DNA of 64,000 nucleotides from Hypanus sabinus (taxonomy: Eukaryota): assembly GCF_030144855.1 (NCBI RefSeq), contig NC_082712.1, positions 143,344,001-143,408,000 on the forward strand, written 5' to 3'. Both the position numbers and the translations under genes were made by a program. The notes beneath the pieces are model-generated. The model saw only the letters and a program-made list of their open reading frames with translations, was not told where the DNA came from and did not search any database. Shown here in pieces: positions 52,001 through 61,399 of the stretch (positions within the stretch are counted from its first letter, which is position 1; every line of letters begins with the position of its first letter).

Positions 52001-53188
52001 ATTCCACCCCCAAGCTCTTTCCCTTTAGCCTTTTCTTCAGCGTATACTTACCCAATTTCCTTGCAGTGCAACCTGCCTTCACCAGCCTTGCAGACAGTGT
52101 ATTACAGGTTACAACCACACAATGTTTAAAGGATAATGTTCCTCACGTCACTCTTAGTTTTCAATTTCTGACCTCCACCAAGAGGAACAGTCTCCCAGGC
52201 TGTCTGTCCAGGCCCTCGTCAGCTTCTCGTTACTATATTCAAGCAGAGGGTACAGAACCCTCAAGTCCCACACCACCATGTTCAGGAGTAGTTATTACCC
52301 TACAATCATCAGGCTCTTGGACCCATGTGCTTCTTCCAGCTCTACTCTGAAATAATTCTAAAACCTTTCAAGGACTCTTTACAACTCATGTTCTCAGTAT
52401 TATTATCATTTGCACAGTTTGTCTTCTTTTGCCATTAGAGTTTGTCAGTCTACATATATTCCTTTCATAGAGAGAGTGCCAGTATCTCTATCCTTGCTTC
52501 ATCCCAGAAATCATTCTGATATTTTTTTCCCTCTCTGGTCTACCTCTAATCCCACCTATTCTTCCTGTAATGTGGCAATCAGAATTGAAGACAATACTCC
52601 AACTGAGGCCACAGCAGTGTCTTATAAATATTCAGCATAACTTCCCTGTTCTTATATTCTAGCTTCACTGATAGAATACCTGTAAGTATGTAATCAAAGT
52701 ATAAATATGTATTGGAATTGATATTAGAATAGCAATCTTTATTCAAGATCTAATAATCCTGATAATTTACCAGAAATAATGTGTTATAATTGCAATGTCA
52801 ACTCAAATCATATAGATTGAGTATTCTACATATAAACCTATTAATATTGAGTATTCTACATACAAACCTATTAATACAATTTCAATTAATAAATGTAACT
52901 AGGAATACAACGCATAACTATTTACCAGCGAAACGTTCCATTTTGAAAATATGTATAAATTATAGGACATGTAAACTCTACCTTATTGGAAAATTCCACA
53001 ATGTTAAAGCGACTGGCGAGTGTATAGGCCTTAGCCAAAAGCGCTTCCTTCAGGTGAAACTTCGTTGCACTCAGGTAGGCTTGCATGCTTTGCGATGTGT
53101 CAACAACAAAGACGATATTTGTATCCCTAACGTGTCCAAACAAAGAAGGAGAACCGTCGGGTCGCACAGAGGGGTAGACTGACGGCAT
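27944..53188 (-). CDS. C11orf16: C11orf16 homolog (VWA + DUF4537/Tudor-like + coiled coil), 10 coding exons, 830 aa
   Basis: Exons 53188-52982, 51899-51540, 48991-48813, 46859-46733, 41082-40851, 39261-38569, 33946-33753, 33109-32937, 29131-28882 and 28021-27944 have GT-AG ends and consistent phases, summing to 2493 nt. Motifs VLARRESDGFFY, PGDYVLAPWE..RYGPG, VKFWNGK and RPEWKYW match recalled C11orf16/DUF4537. The gene lies between AKIP1 and ASCL3 as in human. Confidence 0.85.
28882..29131 (-). CDS. C11orf16: C11orf16 homolog coding exon 9 (coiled coil)
   Basis: ttttgcctttag|G-EKVVRRLQNNFRQVEEREQK...KEIQLQ|gtatta; phase 2/0. Confidence 0.78.
29222..29821. mobile_element. Probable solo LTR
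   Basis: Ends CGTAATGCCCTGGTT ... AACCAGAGTGGTTCA, near-TSD tgga/tgta, about 600 bp. Confidence 0.5.
30490..32000 (-). mobile_element. Decayed RTE-clade LINE
   Basis: Minus strand: MMFRTGNVRIVMNN, LNITTLRETH..FGHFKEQGSG (APE N-terminus) and C-terminal CSICG knuckle. Confidence 0.7.
32937..33109 (-). CDS. C11orf16: C11orf16 homolog coding exon 8 (alternative in-frame acceptor would start at 33103)
   Basis: gaccag|LQGAPIQER...RRQWEKDREQQCQDKYQSIQENR-AG|gtatac; phase 0/2; charged helical sequence. Confidence 0.72.
33753..33946 (-). CDS. C11orf16: C11orf16 homolog coding exon 7
   Basis: tttttgcag|GA-TLPSSP...TSPTG|gtatgc; phase 1/0. Confidence 0.75.
34461..35718. mobile_element. MITE-like element with degenerate internal repeats, interrupted by a solo LTR
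   Basis: TA-CAGTAGAACTCTC ... GTAGAACTTTACTG imperfect TIRs. Confidence 0.45.
34685..35461 (-). mobile_element. Solo LTR (777 bp)
   Basis: Inverted termini TGTTACG...CGTAACA, exact 4-bp TSD AAAG, AATAAA on the minus strand at about 34767. Confidence 0.88.
36285..37468 (+). mobile_element. Penelope-like element 3' portion with pLTR
   Basis: HPVSCNNAIPVSQFLYLHHI, VPLVLTHH, CSRCGLLYIDET, EEQHLILHLGSLQSGGMNIDF. Confidence 0.88.
37334..37371 (+). ncRNA. Minimal hammerhead ribozyme-like motif in pLTR (degenerate)
   Basis: cagtc-CTGAAGA-agg(gtctcag)cct-GAAA-TATC-aactg. Confidence 0.55.
38128..38322. repeat. Fold-back pLTR-derived repeat
   Basis: About 65-bp inverted arms (38128-38195 and 38218-38287) around a mutated hammerhead core. 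Confidence 0.85.
38569..39261 (-). CDS. C11orf16: C11orf16 homolog coding exon 6
   Basis: aaacag|CA-MEDDEISVKFWNGK...RPEWKYWSQSHQGPHQKDP-G|gtacag; phase 1/1; lies within ORF 38369..39259. Confidence 0.88.
39730..40030 (+). mobile_element. V-SINE-like fragment
   Basis: GCTGTCTGT...GGGTTTCTGCTGGGTGATCTGAGTTCCTCCCAC core plus a CR1-like tail. Confidence 0.6.
40215..40598 (+). mobile_element. Rex1/Babar-like LINE 3' end
   Basis: LFTLLPSGRCYRSLRSCTSRHRKSFFPEAVTLLN, AATAAA plus ATCTA tail. Confidence 0.8.
40851..41082 (-). CDS. C11orf16: C11orf16 homolog coding exon 5 (DUF4537)
   Basis: gttgacag|IRKGIFLIEFD...PGDYVLAPWESDGNRYGPGKVITGIETRDPLQ-G|gtatga; phase 0/1. Confidence 0.9.
41385..41858 (-). 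mobile_element. Non-autonomous Tc1-like element fragment
   Basis: TIR CAGTGGCCACTTTATTTGGTACACCTGT; remnant GRKCLVNERG.MRMARLVQAD.KAT. Confidence 0.8.
41950..46390 (+). mobile_element. Near full-length decayed CR1 LINE with duplicated RT region
   Basis: ORF1 CEMWE..YTCKKC and SGNH-esterase (GDS, VHVGTN); ORF2 APE (YFNARSI); RT QGSVLGPLLF and FADDT-type motifs each present twice; CR1 3' tail. Confidence 0.92.
46733..46859 (-). CDS. C11orf16: C11orf16 homolog coding exon 4
   Basis: tttcccag|T...ATVLARRESDGFFYLGTIKQE|gtgtag; phase 2/0. Confidence 0.88.
47031..47559. repeat. 81-bp direct repeat pair (47031-47111 and 47479-47559)
   Basis: Two mismatches between copies; partial third copy near 48390-48430. 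Confidence 0.9.
48813..48991 (-). CDS. C11orf16: C11orf16 homolog coding exon 3
   Basis: gcacag|VIPIYPADH...SPRDYT-AG|gtgagc; phase 0/2. Confidence 0.8.
49470..50200 (-). mobile_element. Rex1/Babar-like LINE 3' fragment
   Basis: VDVAQSIRGKALPTIEHIY and LPSGRRYR-type motifs. Confidence 0.75.
50560..50800 (-). mobile_element. Rex1/Babar-like LINE 3' end
   Basis: LFQLLPSWK.Y.SIKTRTNRLRDSFFHQAIRL. Confidence 0.75.
51540..51899 (-). CDS. C11orf16: C11orf16 homolog coding exon 2 (VWA domain)
   Basis: catgtag|VSKWCDRVV...AVQWLQSL...AIYLVTNGLPD...GAIKQ|gtaac; 360 nt, phase 0/0. Confidence 0.85.
52816..52875. repeat. 30-bp tandem duplication
   Basis: ATTGAGTATTCTACATAYAAACCTATTAAT x2. Confidence 0.9.
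52982..53188 (-). CDS. C11orf16: C11orf16 homolog coding exon 1 (start of VWA domain, DTSQS motif)
   Basis: Acceptor at 53197-53198, start context GCGACCATG, MPSVYP...IVFVVDTSQSM...RFNIVEFSNK|gtagag. Confidence 0.8.
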
Positions 53189-53490
53189 GGTCGCAGCTTC
53201 CAAATAAAACAAAGAAGTTTGGGCAAATACAAACAACAAATATGAACAGCGCAATGTCGTTTTAAAGTCATTAAATACCAAATAACTTGACTGAAAGACC
53301 TCGAGGAGATCCTAGAACATCAATAAAATATTATTTCTTATTTCACTAAGTCTCACGACACAGCTTTACCAGGAATTTTCAGAGAAAATTTACTAACGTC
53401 AGATTACTAAAAATTAAAAAAAAAACTGCAAATCGTACTGGAAATGTGGAAAAATCTCGCATTCCCTTTTGATTTGATATTATGTCTTAC

Positions 53491-53680
53491 GCGTCTTGCC
53501 TTGAAAACAACAGTCTCCACTCTGCACGCTGTCGAAAGCCTGGTAGTGGTGACGACCCCCGTCCTTCTCCTGAAGCCCCTATTTGAGCGGCAGCCTGTAC
53601 TGTGAAGTCCAGTTGCTATGTTACTATGTTCCGATCCGTGTTGCTAGGTTCCTGCTCCCTGTTGCTGCGACGCTTTTCAT
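53491..53680 (-). promoter_or_regulatory. C11orf16: C11orf16 homolog promoter and non-coding exon 1 with RFX X-box-like cluster
   Basis: CpG-rich; minus-strand donor GC|gtaaga at 53490; GTTGCTATGTTAC at 53612, GTTGCTAGGTTCC at 53640, GTTGCTGCGAC at 53661. Confidence 0.6.
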
Positions 53681-54300
53681 TCGCCGGGTGCGGACTGGGA
53701 GTTGTTGTTCTGATGAAATTCCACACCGGTGTGACACTAAATGCCAACTGCCTTCCACGACTGGTGCATTGCAATGCTCGAATTGTGCCGTGAGTGAGGG
53801 AATCTGTACGTTATGCTGATCTTTTTATGGGTTGTGGTTTTAAAAGATGTTATGTTTAGGCTGTCTCATGGTACGTACTTCCTCAGTCACACCATTTTGA
53901 AGGGCTGGGCGGAAATTCACACGAAATAAGATTTAGTATTCATTTAAGTTTATAGTTGGTATGTAAACTCGATTAAAATGTTGGATCCTTTATAAGATAG
54001 GAGTGAACGGATTATTCCTCGCCCAATATTCTTCACCGCCATAACCAAAGCCGCCGCTCGCACAATCAGAGGACACCTGTATCAAGGAAAGCTTCAATAA
54101 ACGCAGTTACCTGGGAAACAGGTTAAAAAGAAGTAGACCCCTATGAGTAAAGCCACCCGGTGCTTCTTTCCACCGTGTCCTTCTGGCAGGTTAAACTACG
54201 TACGCCACATGTTAACGCCGCTTCACACACGTTTTAGAGCTTTCCGTTGGAAGATTTGCCCTTGGGACGGGCACTTGCGCCTGCGATTCATCTCGAGTCT

Positions 54301-55500
54301 GACACAGAAGAACATAGAACAGTACAACACAGGGCAGGTCCTTCGGCCCACGACGTTGTGCCGACTCTTTTAACCTACTTTAGAAACTGCCTAGAATTTC
54401 CCTACTCTATAGCCCTCTATTTTTCCAAGCTCCATAAGAGTCTCTGAGAAAGACCCTATTACATCCGCTTCTACCACCATCGCTGGCAGTGCATTCCATG
54501 CACCCACCACACTTCCGTGTGAAAAACTTACCTCTGACTTCCCCCTTGTACCTACTTTCAAGCACCTTAAAACTATGCCCCCTCATGTTCGCCATTTCAG
54601 ACCTGGGGAAAAGCCTCTGGCTATTCTCACAATCAATGCTTCTATCCTTAAAATATGCTCTATAATCCAAACAGTATCCTGGTAAAATGATCTCAACACC
54701 CTTTTTAAAGCTTCCACATCCTTCCTATAATGAGGGAACCAGATGGAACACAATGCACCATGTAGTCTAACCCAATCCTTCCTGTAATAAGGTCTAACCC
54801 ATTTTATAGAGTTGCTGCATTACCCCATGGCTCTTGAACTCAGTTCCCCAACAAATGAAGGCCAACACCTTCTTAACCAGCCTATCAATGCATGGCAACT
54901 TAGAGAGATCTATTGACATGGACTCCAAGGTCCATCTGTTTCCCCAACACTGTTAAGAATTAACACAATATTCTGTCTTCAAGTTGAATCTTCCAAAGTG
55001 GATCACTTCACACTCCTAACCCTAAGCCCTGCCACTCCTCAGCCCAACTCTGCATCCTATCAATGTATTTAGCCTACAGCACCCTCCTACATTATCCATA
55101 ACACCACCAGCCTTTGTGTCCTCTGCAAACTAACCCACTCCTCCACTTCCTCATCTAAGTAATTTATATTAAAAAAATAGCAAAGAGCTGGGGTGCCAGA
55201 ACAGATCCCCACAGAACACCACTAGTCATGGATCTCCAGGCAGAATATGTTCCATCTATTCCCACCCTCTGCTGCCTGTGGGCAAACCAATTCTGAATCT
55301 ACCCTCTGCCGTCTATGGGCAAACCAATTCTGAATGCCACCTTTTATTGTCTATGAGCAAACCAACTCTAAGCCCCACCTTCTACCATCTGTGGGCAAAC
55401 CAATTTTGAATCCATGCAGCCAGCACCAGTAAATTGCTGGGATGAGGTCATACTAAAATCCATATACACCACATCCACTGCTCTAACATTATCAATTTAT
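54301..55500 (-). mobile_element. CR1 LINE 3' portion
   Basis: Closely similar to 7012-7500; GSVLAP and FAEDTK-type RT motifs. Confidence 0.88.
55262..55412. repeat. Minisatellite, 4 copies of about 37 bp, inside CR1
   Basis: Unit CCACCCTCTGCyGTCTrTGGGCAAACCAATTCTGAAT. Confidence 0.85.
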
Positions 55501-56079
55501 TTTGTTGTTTCATTACATTGTTGCTGATTGTCGCCAATATGAATGATGTTCATTTGTGAATGAGGATGTAAATTGATCATTAGCGTGTAGCTCTTGTCTG
55601 TTGTTTATAATGCCTGGCAAAGCAAAGGCGAATCCAAAAAGCAGGTCTGTAAGGAGAAGTAAAGATATGGCCCCATTGGGACAGCCCCCTAATGTTGTCT
55701 GTAACTGAGGTCTCAGTCCAAAACATTGACTGTTTATTCCTCTCCATAGATGCTGACCTGGCCTGCTGAGTCCCTTTAGTATTTTGTGTGTGTTGGACAG
55801 TCCATGCCCAGCACTGGAATCTGATACTCCTTTCTGAGCTCTGCCACAAGTAGAGATTACCAATTGACAGAAGAAAAGATTTACAGGGTGCGCTCAAAAT
55901 GTCCTTGGGAAAGATGCAACATCCCCATTGACTAATGAAATTCCTGGTCCATGTCCTCTGGAAGTGAAGCAGAAGCATTTGACTGGTACCAAAAACTTCT
56001 AGTCCATGGATCACCAAGAAATGAAAGGTCAGTGGAAATTTTGGGGGGAGTAGACTACTTCCTAAACTGCATTTCTACC

Positions 56080-56930
56080 CAAGATTGTTGACCCAAGATC
56101 CCTGCCTCAGCTATGGATAGGTGCACCATTCCCATAATGGTCTCATTGGTCACATAAGAAACTACAAAACTAAAGTGGAAGTAAATCAATATTGTTTCTA
56201 CGGGCCTAGATTGTATTCATCTGGAGCCATGATGGACATGATCTTCACTCCATGACAACTGCAAGGGCAGCACCTTCCAGCATACATATTGTTTCTTGAC
56301 CTCACTAAACCCTTTGACTCCAATGACCTGCAGGGACTGTAGATAATTCTCCCCAAAGTTGGCTTCTCTTAGAAATTATCTCCATATTGTATCAGTAGGT
56401 CCACAACAGCGCTAACCTCAGTGAAAACCAACGTCAAACGAGGCTGCATCGCTGTTTCTTCCAGCTTTTCTCATCACAATCTACTCTCCTCCATCAAACT
56501 TACCCTGGGTGTGGAGTGAAGCTTCAAAACTAATGGGAAATTGTTTGTCCAACAGTATCTACACTCTGGAACTAAGCCCATCTGAATTCAGTCCTCTGCT
56601 GTCTGCAGGGGGCTCTGGTTTACCTAATGTTCAGAGGTTAACCTGCAAGAAACTGCACTGAGAACTACCAGACGATATGACTCACACCGAACGCCTGCAT
56701 TATAAAGATCCTCTACCAACTTGTTCTAGGTCTACAACATCAACCTCCAATCATATAGCTTAAAGCTAGACTTTGGAAAGTATGGTTCACTTCCTATATT
56801 TTGAGCTCATCTCTCAGCAAAGGCAGACATCAGCGCTGAAATTCGCCACAACCTTCAAAGCAGCGAGTACAGCCACCGGTCAATTATGGGGGGAAAAGAG
56901 CGTTTAACGATCAGGGTTTAACATCCGAAT
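56080..56930 (+). mobile_element. Highly decayed RTE-like LINE fragment
   Basis: FLDLTKPFDS and VKRGCI remnants. Confidence 0.5.
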
Positions 56931-59900
56931 TAAATTCAGTGCAATAAATAGAGGCACTGGGTGGCGCCAAATGTTCTATATAATTCTCCAAGTGTGCTGG
57001 AAACATTCAATAATACAACATCACTCAGAATGCTGAAGGAACTGCAGGTCAGGCAGCATCTCTGGAGAGGAATAAACAGTCAATCTCATAGGAGCAGGAT
57101 TAGGCCATCTGGCCTTGCCGAGCCTGCTCCGCCATTCAATAAGATCACGACTGATCTGGCTATATTGCAGAATCCTGCATAGTGATAACAAAAATTTAAA
57201 AACAAATAGACAGAATCCATGGTTTCATCTCTTACATGCAGTTCATTAGCTGCTGATAAAACAGTTTCATCTCGAAAATCTTTACCCGCTGACTCTTTAT
57301 GTCCCCTGTATTTTACGAAAAATATTTTTTCTTAAACTTTCTGTCAAATTCGTTCCTGCAACGAATCCAAGAAGATCTTGGAAGATGTGACATCAGCCTC
57401 CCTCCAATTCCAGTGCGGCTACTTCGCTTTCAATAATACGGAGAGTTTGGGCTTCTATCTTCGGGCTCTAAGCTCGGAACATGAGAGCCTATAAGGGGAT
57501 CGTAATTTCCGAATTCTAGCGTTTATTTGTTCTACTGACATTATTTAGTTTACTTCGGCTGATTATGTATTGTCGGTTTGATTCTCTGATCCTGTGAAGT
57601 ACAAGATGTAGTGGATATACAACTGAAAGAAAAGTTTATTACTCTTAGGTCGCACCCGCGATTACGGCCGATGAGAGGTTAGGAAAGACCACGACCCGCT
57701 TTTTGTTTTGCGCCCAGTTCCCATGTGTCATCAAACGAGGTTGAAGGTCGTGGGTTCTAAATTCTCGATGGAACCCCATCGGATGCATTTACACGCGCTG
57801 TTCCCAAAAAAAAAACAAATTAAATGAAGCAAAAAGATACTCCGGCCATAGACTTCAACACCGTAAATTTGTCACCTGACACTACACCCACTTTAGATTG
57901 GTGATTACCCGTAAGGACGAAGTTAAAGAAACTATCAACCAAAAGCGGAAGGCTTCGATAACCGAAGACCGAAGTCTTCCTTTAGTGATTGCGCCCCTGC
58001 AGATTGTCCCGGTCAGGTGAGAATCACCGGAACAGTTTGAGAGTACAGTAGTGGAATTTTACAGCATTTTGTCCACCATGTCCCCATTAATTTTTATCAA
58101 GTGAAGATTTATCCATATCCCTGTTCTAAACATTGTTGTGAATTATGCTTGACCCTACTATCCTCAGTAACATTCTCCAAGAAAGAAATATAAAACTTTT
58201 TTTATTCATAGGTGTAAATCTTAATTTTCTCTTTCAACCCCGGTGGAAAGCCTGTCCCAAATAAAGTTATTCATGCCTTCCACCCCTGACACCATCCTAG
58301 AAAACCTCTTATGAATCTTAATAATTTTTCTTGCTTTCTCAGACCAAGCAGATGAAGTAACTCGCTCACATTCCGTTTTATTTGATGCTCTCTGGGGCCT
58401 ATCCCACAACAGGCGCTTGGGTCATCATCTGACCTGCCACGATGTCACGTGCTGCATACTTTCCAATACTTTAATTTCTGCCTCCACAGTTAATCCCCGG
58501 TTATGGATTTTATAATCAACAAATTAATTTCTTCATCACTAATTCAAGATTCTTTTCCATTGTTGGCAGTCTGTTATTTAACCATCAATGCCTTCAACTT
58601 GGCTTGTGTTCTTTCATGGTTATATTTGAAATACGTTTATTAAAATATTCTATGACAAAATACTTGTTACCGACTCTGTTCGCAACTCAAACGATATTTT
58701 ATATCGTATTCCAAATGTTCGAAACTGTTAAGAAAATAGTATTTACAACAAAAGAAACCCGATTTGTTTTTTAAACAAACTTATGACTAATTTTAAAATG
58801 TTTTTGGCCTTCTGGTGTTCGGGAAAACAAGTAACACCCTCCCAGTTACATAGAACAAGAGTAAGTTTTGCCTCAGGAATTGGGAGTCGTTTATCACCTG
58901 AAGCTAACGTTTCTCGTTTGCCAGAGGCAATATAGCACAATGCTTAAATTATTTTGGTTAATTGTTCCAAAAACAGTTATTTTAATAAAGAATTTATAGA
59001 ATATTGCGGTTACAACTGTTACTTGTTTAGGAAAACCAGAGGGGTTATTGGCAGGATTAACCTCGCATTCTGTTGTTATTTTCTTCATAATAATTATGTC
59101 AATTATACGAAATAAATGAATTGTACGAGTCACCTTGAACCATTTGATTACGATTCACGCCTTTATTTCTAAAGTGTGAGAGGTCGGATCATATAACCGA
59201 TATTAATCGGCCACAAAACTCCCAAAGTTAATTACGACTCTCGGGCCTTTATCGCAGCAATTGATTAAGATGAATGGTAATTCTATTGATGTCTTGAATA
59301 AATAGGTGATAATCTCTTCTAGCACAATTCCTCAATCCTCAAAGGAAATATTTTTGACAAAAACAGTTTTAAAGAATAATTTTAAATGCAAAACTTGATA
59401 GAATTTAGCGTAATTCAACATAAGCGCGCGCGAATAGTTTCCATATATTAAAGAAGGTTCTAGTGCAAATAAAGATTTTTTTATTGATGACAACTATTTT
59501 CAATAAACATAATAATCAAAATTTAAACATAATCCTGGAATGTGAGTCCAGTTGAAGTGTTATAAATTAGATTAACAAATAACAATGCGTTTCAAAAGCA
59601 GTGAAACGGTAGCAGAAAAGCATTTGAGACAAAAGCCAGCTGGATTTCAAAAAGCACATTGCAGTTTTGCACAATGTTATTAATTCTAAGAAAACTACCG
59701 TAAACCATGTGACTCGTGGGCTTGTTGGACATTTCTTAGATTTGTTCACGTTTAGTTTCAGGCAGTACTTTTTAAAGCTATCTCTGACCTGCAGTTATTT
59801 CTTTGGCAGATAAATTCCAGACGGGCCTTTTGTATCGACCACGCTACGGTGGTCGGTTGCTGTTAAATAACCCAGTCGATTAATAAAACCAAGCCGTTTT

Positions 59901-60863
59901 TAAAGCCAGGTATTGATTTGTTATCGACCAGGGATCAAAACTTTAGTAAGGAAAAGTATACCACCAAAAAAAATCAATAACGTTGAAGATCTGCAAGAGA
60001 ACTAACCCCGTTCCTTATAATTTAGTACAGTAAAACGTATTCCACAACTACCCTCTCCACTAATAAGGCAAAAATTAAGGAAACGCTGTTCTCTATTTGA
60101 GCTTCAATGTTCACTTAAGGCGTCCCACTCTCTTCACATTTTGATTACATATTGATTGACTGATTGGCGATGACAAATTCTTGTCATGACTTACTCCAAT
60201 GTAGTGTGTTCCAAAGTATTTTGTTAGCTCTTGGAGTAAATAAAGAGCAAAGCAGACCAATAGGATAAGAAACAACTGCCCCATCGTTGTTGTCGTTATA
60301 AAGTGCTCTCTATTGTTCCCATTTAACTTTAGTGATTAAACCCACATCCAACGAAGACTGCAAAGCTTTGTGTGTCTGAATGGAGCCTATAGTGTGTATT
60401 TTTGTTCACTGTGGAAAGCTCGACGGGAAAATGAGCTCGGAGGAGGGCGAGAAGAGACTGGTTAAAAGAGCCCACAAAAAGACGGTGGAACGATAAACGA
60501 GTTCCCTGTTTCAGCGCGATGAATAGCGATATTGAACCCAGTTGAAAATTATATGCTTTAGGTAAGAAGTTGGCATGCAGGCACGCCAAACATCGGTGAG
60601 GTGTTTTACACAAATATCTAACTAAACCAAGTTTTGGTAAACCCTCGCCCCGAGTACTGTGGGCACATTCCCGACCCAAGGAAGATTAAATTGATAAACG
60701 TGCCGCATAGATTTGATTCTAGGGATTTTAAAAAAAGTTTTCTGATGAGGGATAATTGACACACAGCGCTCGGAAGTATAAGGAATAGAAATCTGAGAGG
60801 GTTTTACAGGGGGGGGGGGTACTGAAAAGCTCCCGTGAATTACACGGAGTAAAGAATGGGAAT

Positions 60864-60869
60864 TTTATT
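60864..60869 (-). terminator. Candidate ASCL3 polyadenylation signal
   Basis: AATAAA on the minus strand about 530 nt after the stop codon. Confidence 0.4.
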
Positions 60870-61399
60870 TTAAAATTCTGAAATGCTATGAAATTAGAGA
60901 GGTGTTCGTATTTGAGAATAGCGGATATTCGGGCACGAGAAGCATCAAAGGAGGGGAGGGTGTGATTAACTGCTCGAGGAAGCCATGGGCTCAAGGTTCA
61001 AGTATTTTGAGCGGCGGCCCAGGCTCACAGGCTTGACTTCCCAGCCGCGTTCAGACCACTGATAGGAAACAAATACACAACACTAAGATCATTCATTTAA
61101 AATTAATACCCACAAGCTGCAGACTGGGACTAAAGTAGCACCCGGTCTCGGATATCTAAATGGCGAAGTGAGCTCGTTTCTTCTGGGTTAATAATTAGCT
61201 CTGACCAGTTCTTAAAATTTTTCCCAAATAGATAGTGTATTATTGTCAGTGAAATTGGCTTTAAAGCCATAAATTATTGCAAAATAATCTTCCGTTGTCG
61301 GCAGGAGTTCGCCCGCTGCCTCCGATCTTGCATTCCCTGATGTCCTGTCTCCTGCTTCGGCGGGATCAGAGGCACGTCGCTTCTGCCCTTTACCCCCGG

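Noticed and set aside
51540-53188. Calling the VWA exons VWA3B or a separate gene
   Set aside because: They splice in phase into the C11orf16-type exons, only one VWA domain is seen, and synteny fits C11orf16.
55262-55412. CRISPR-like periodicity
   Set aside because: Contiguous tandem units without unique spacers, in eukaryotic LINE sequence.
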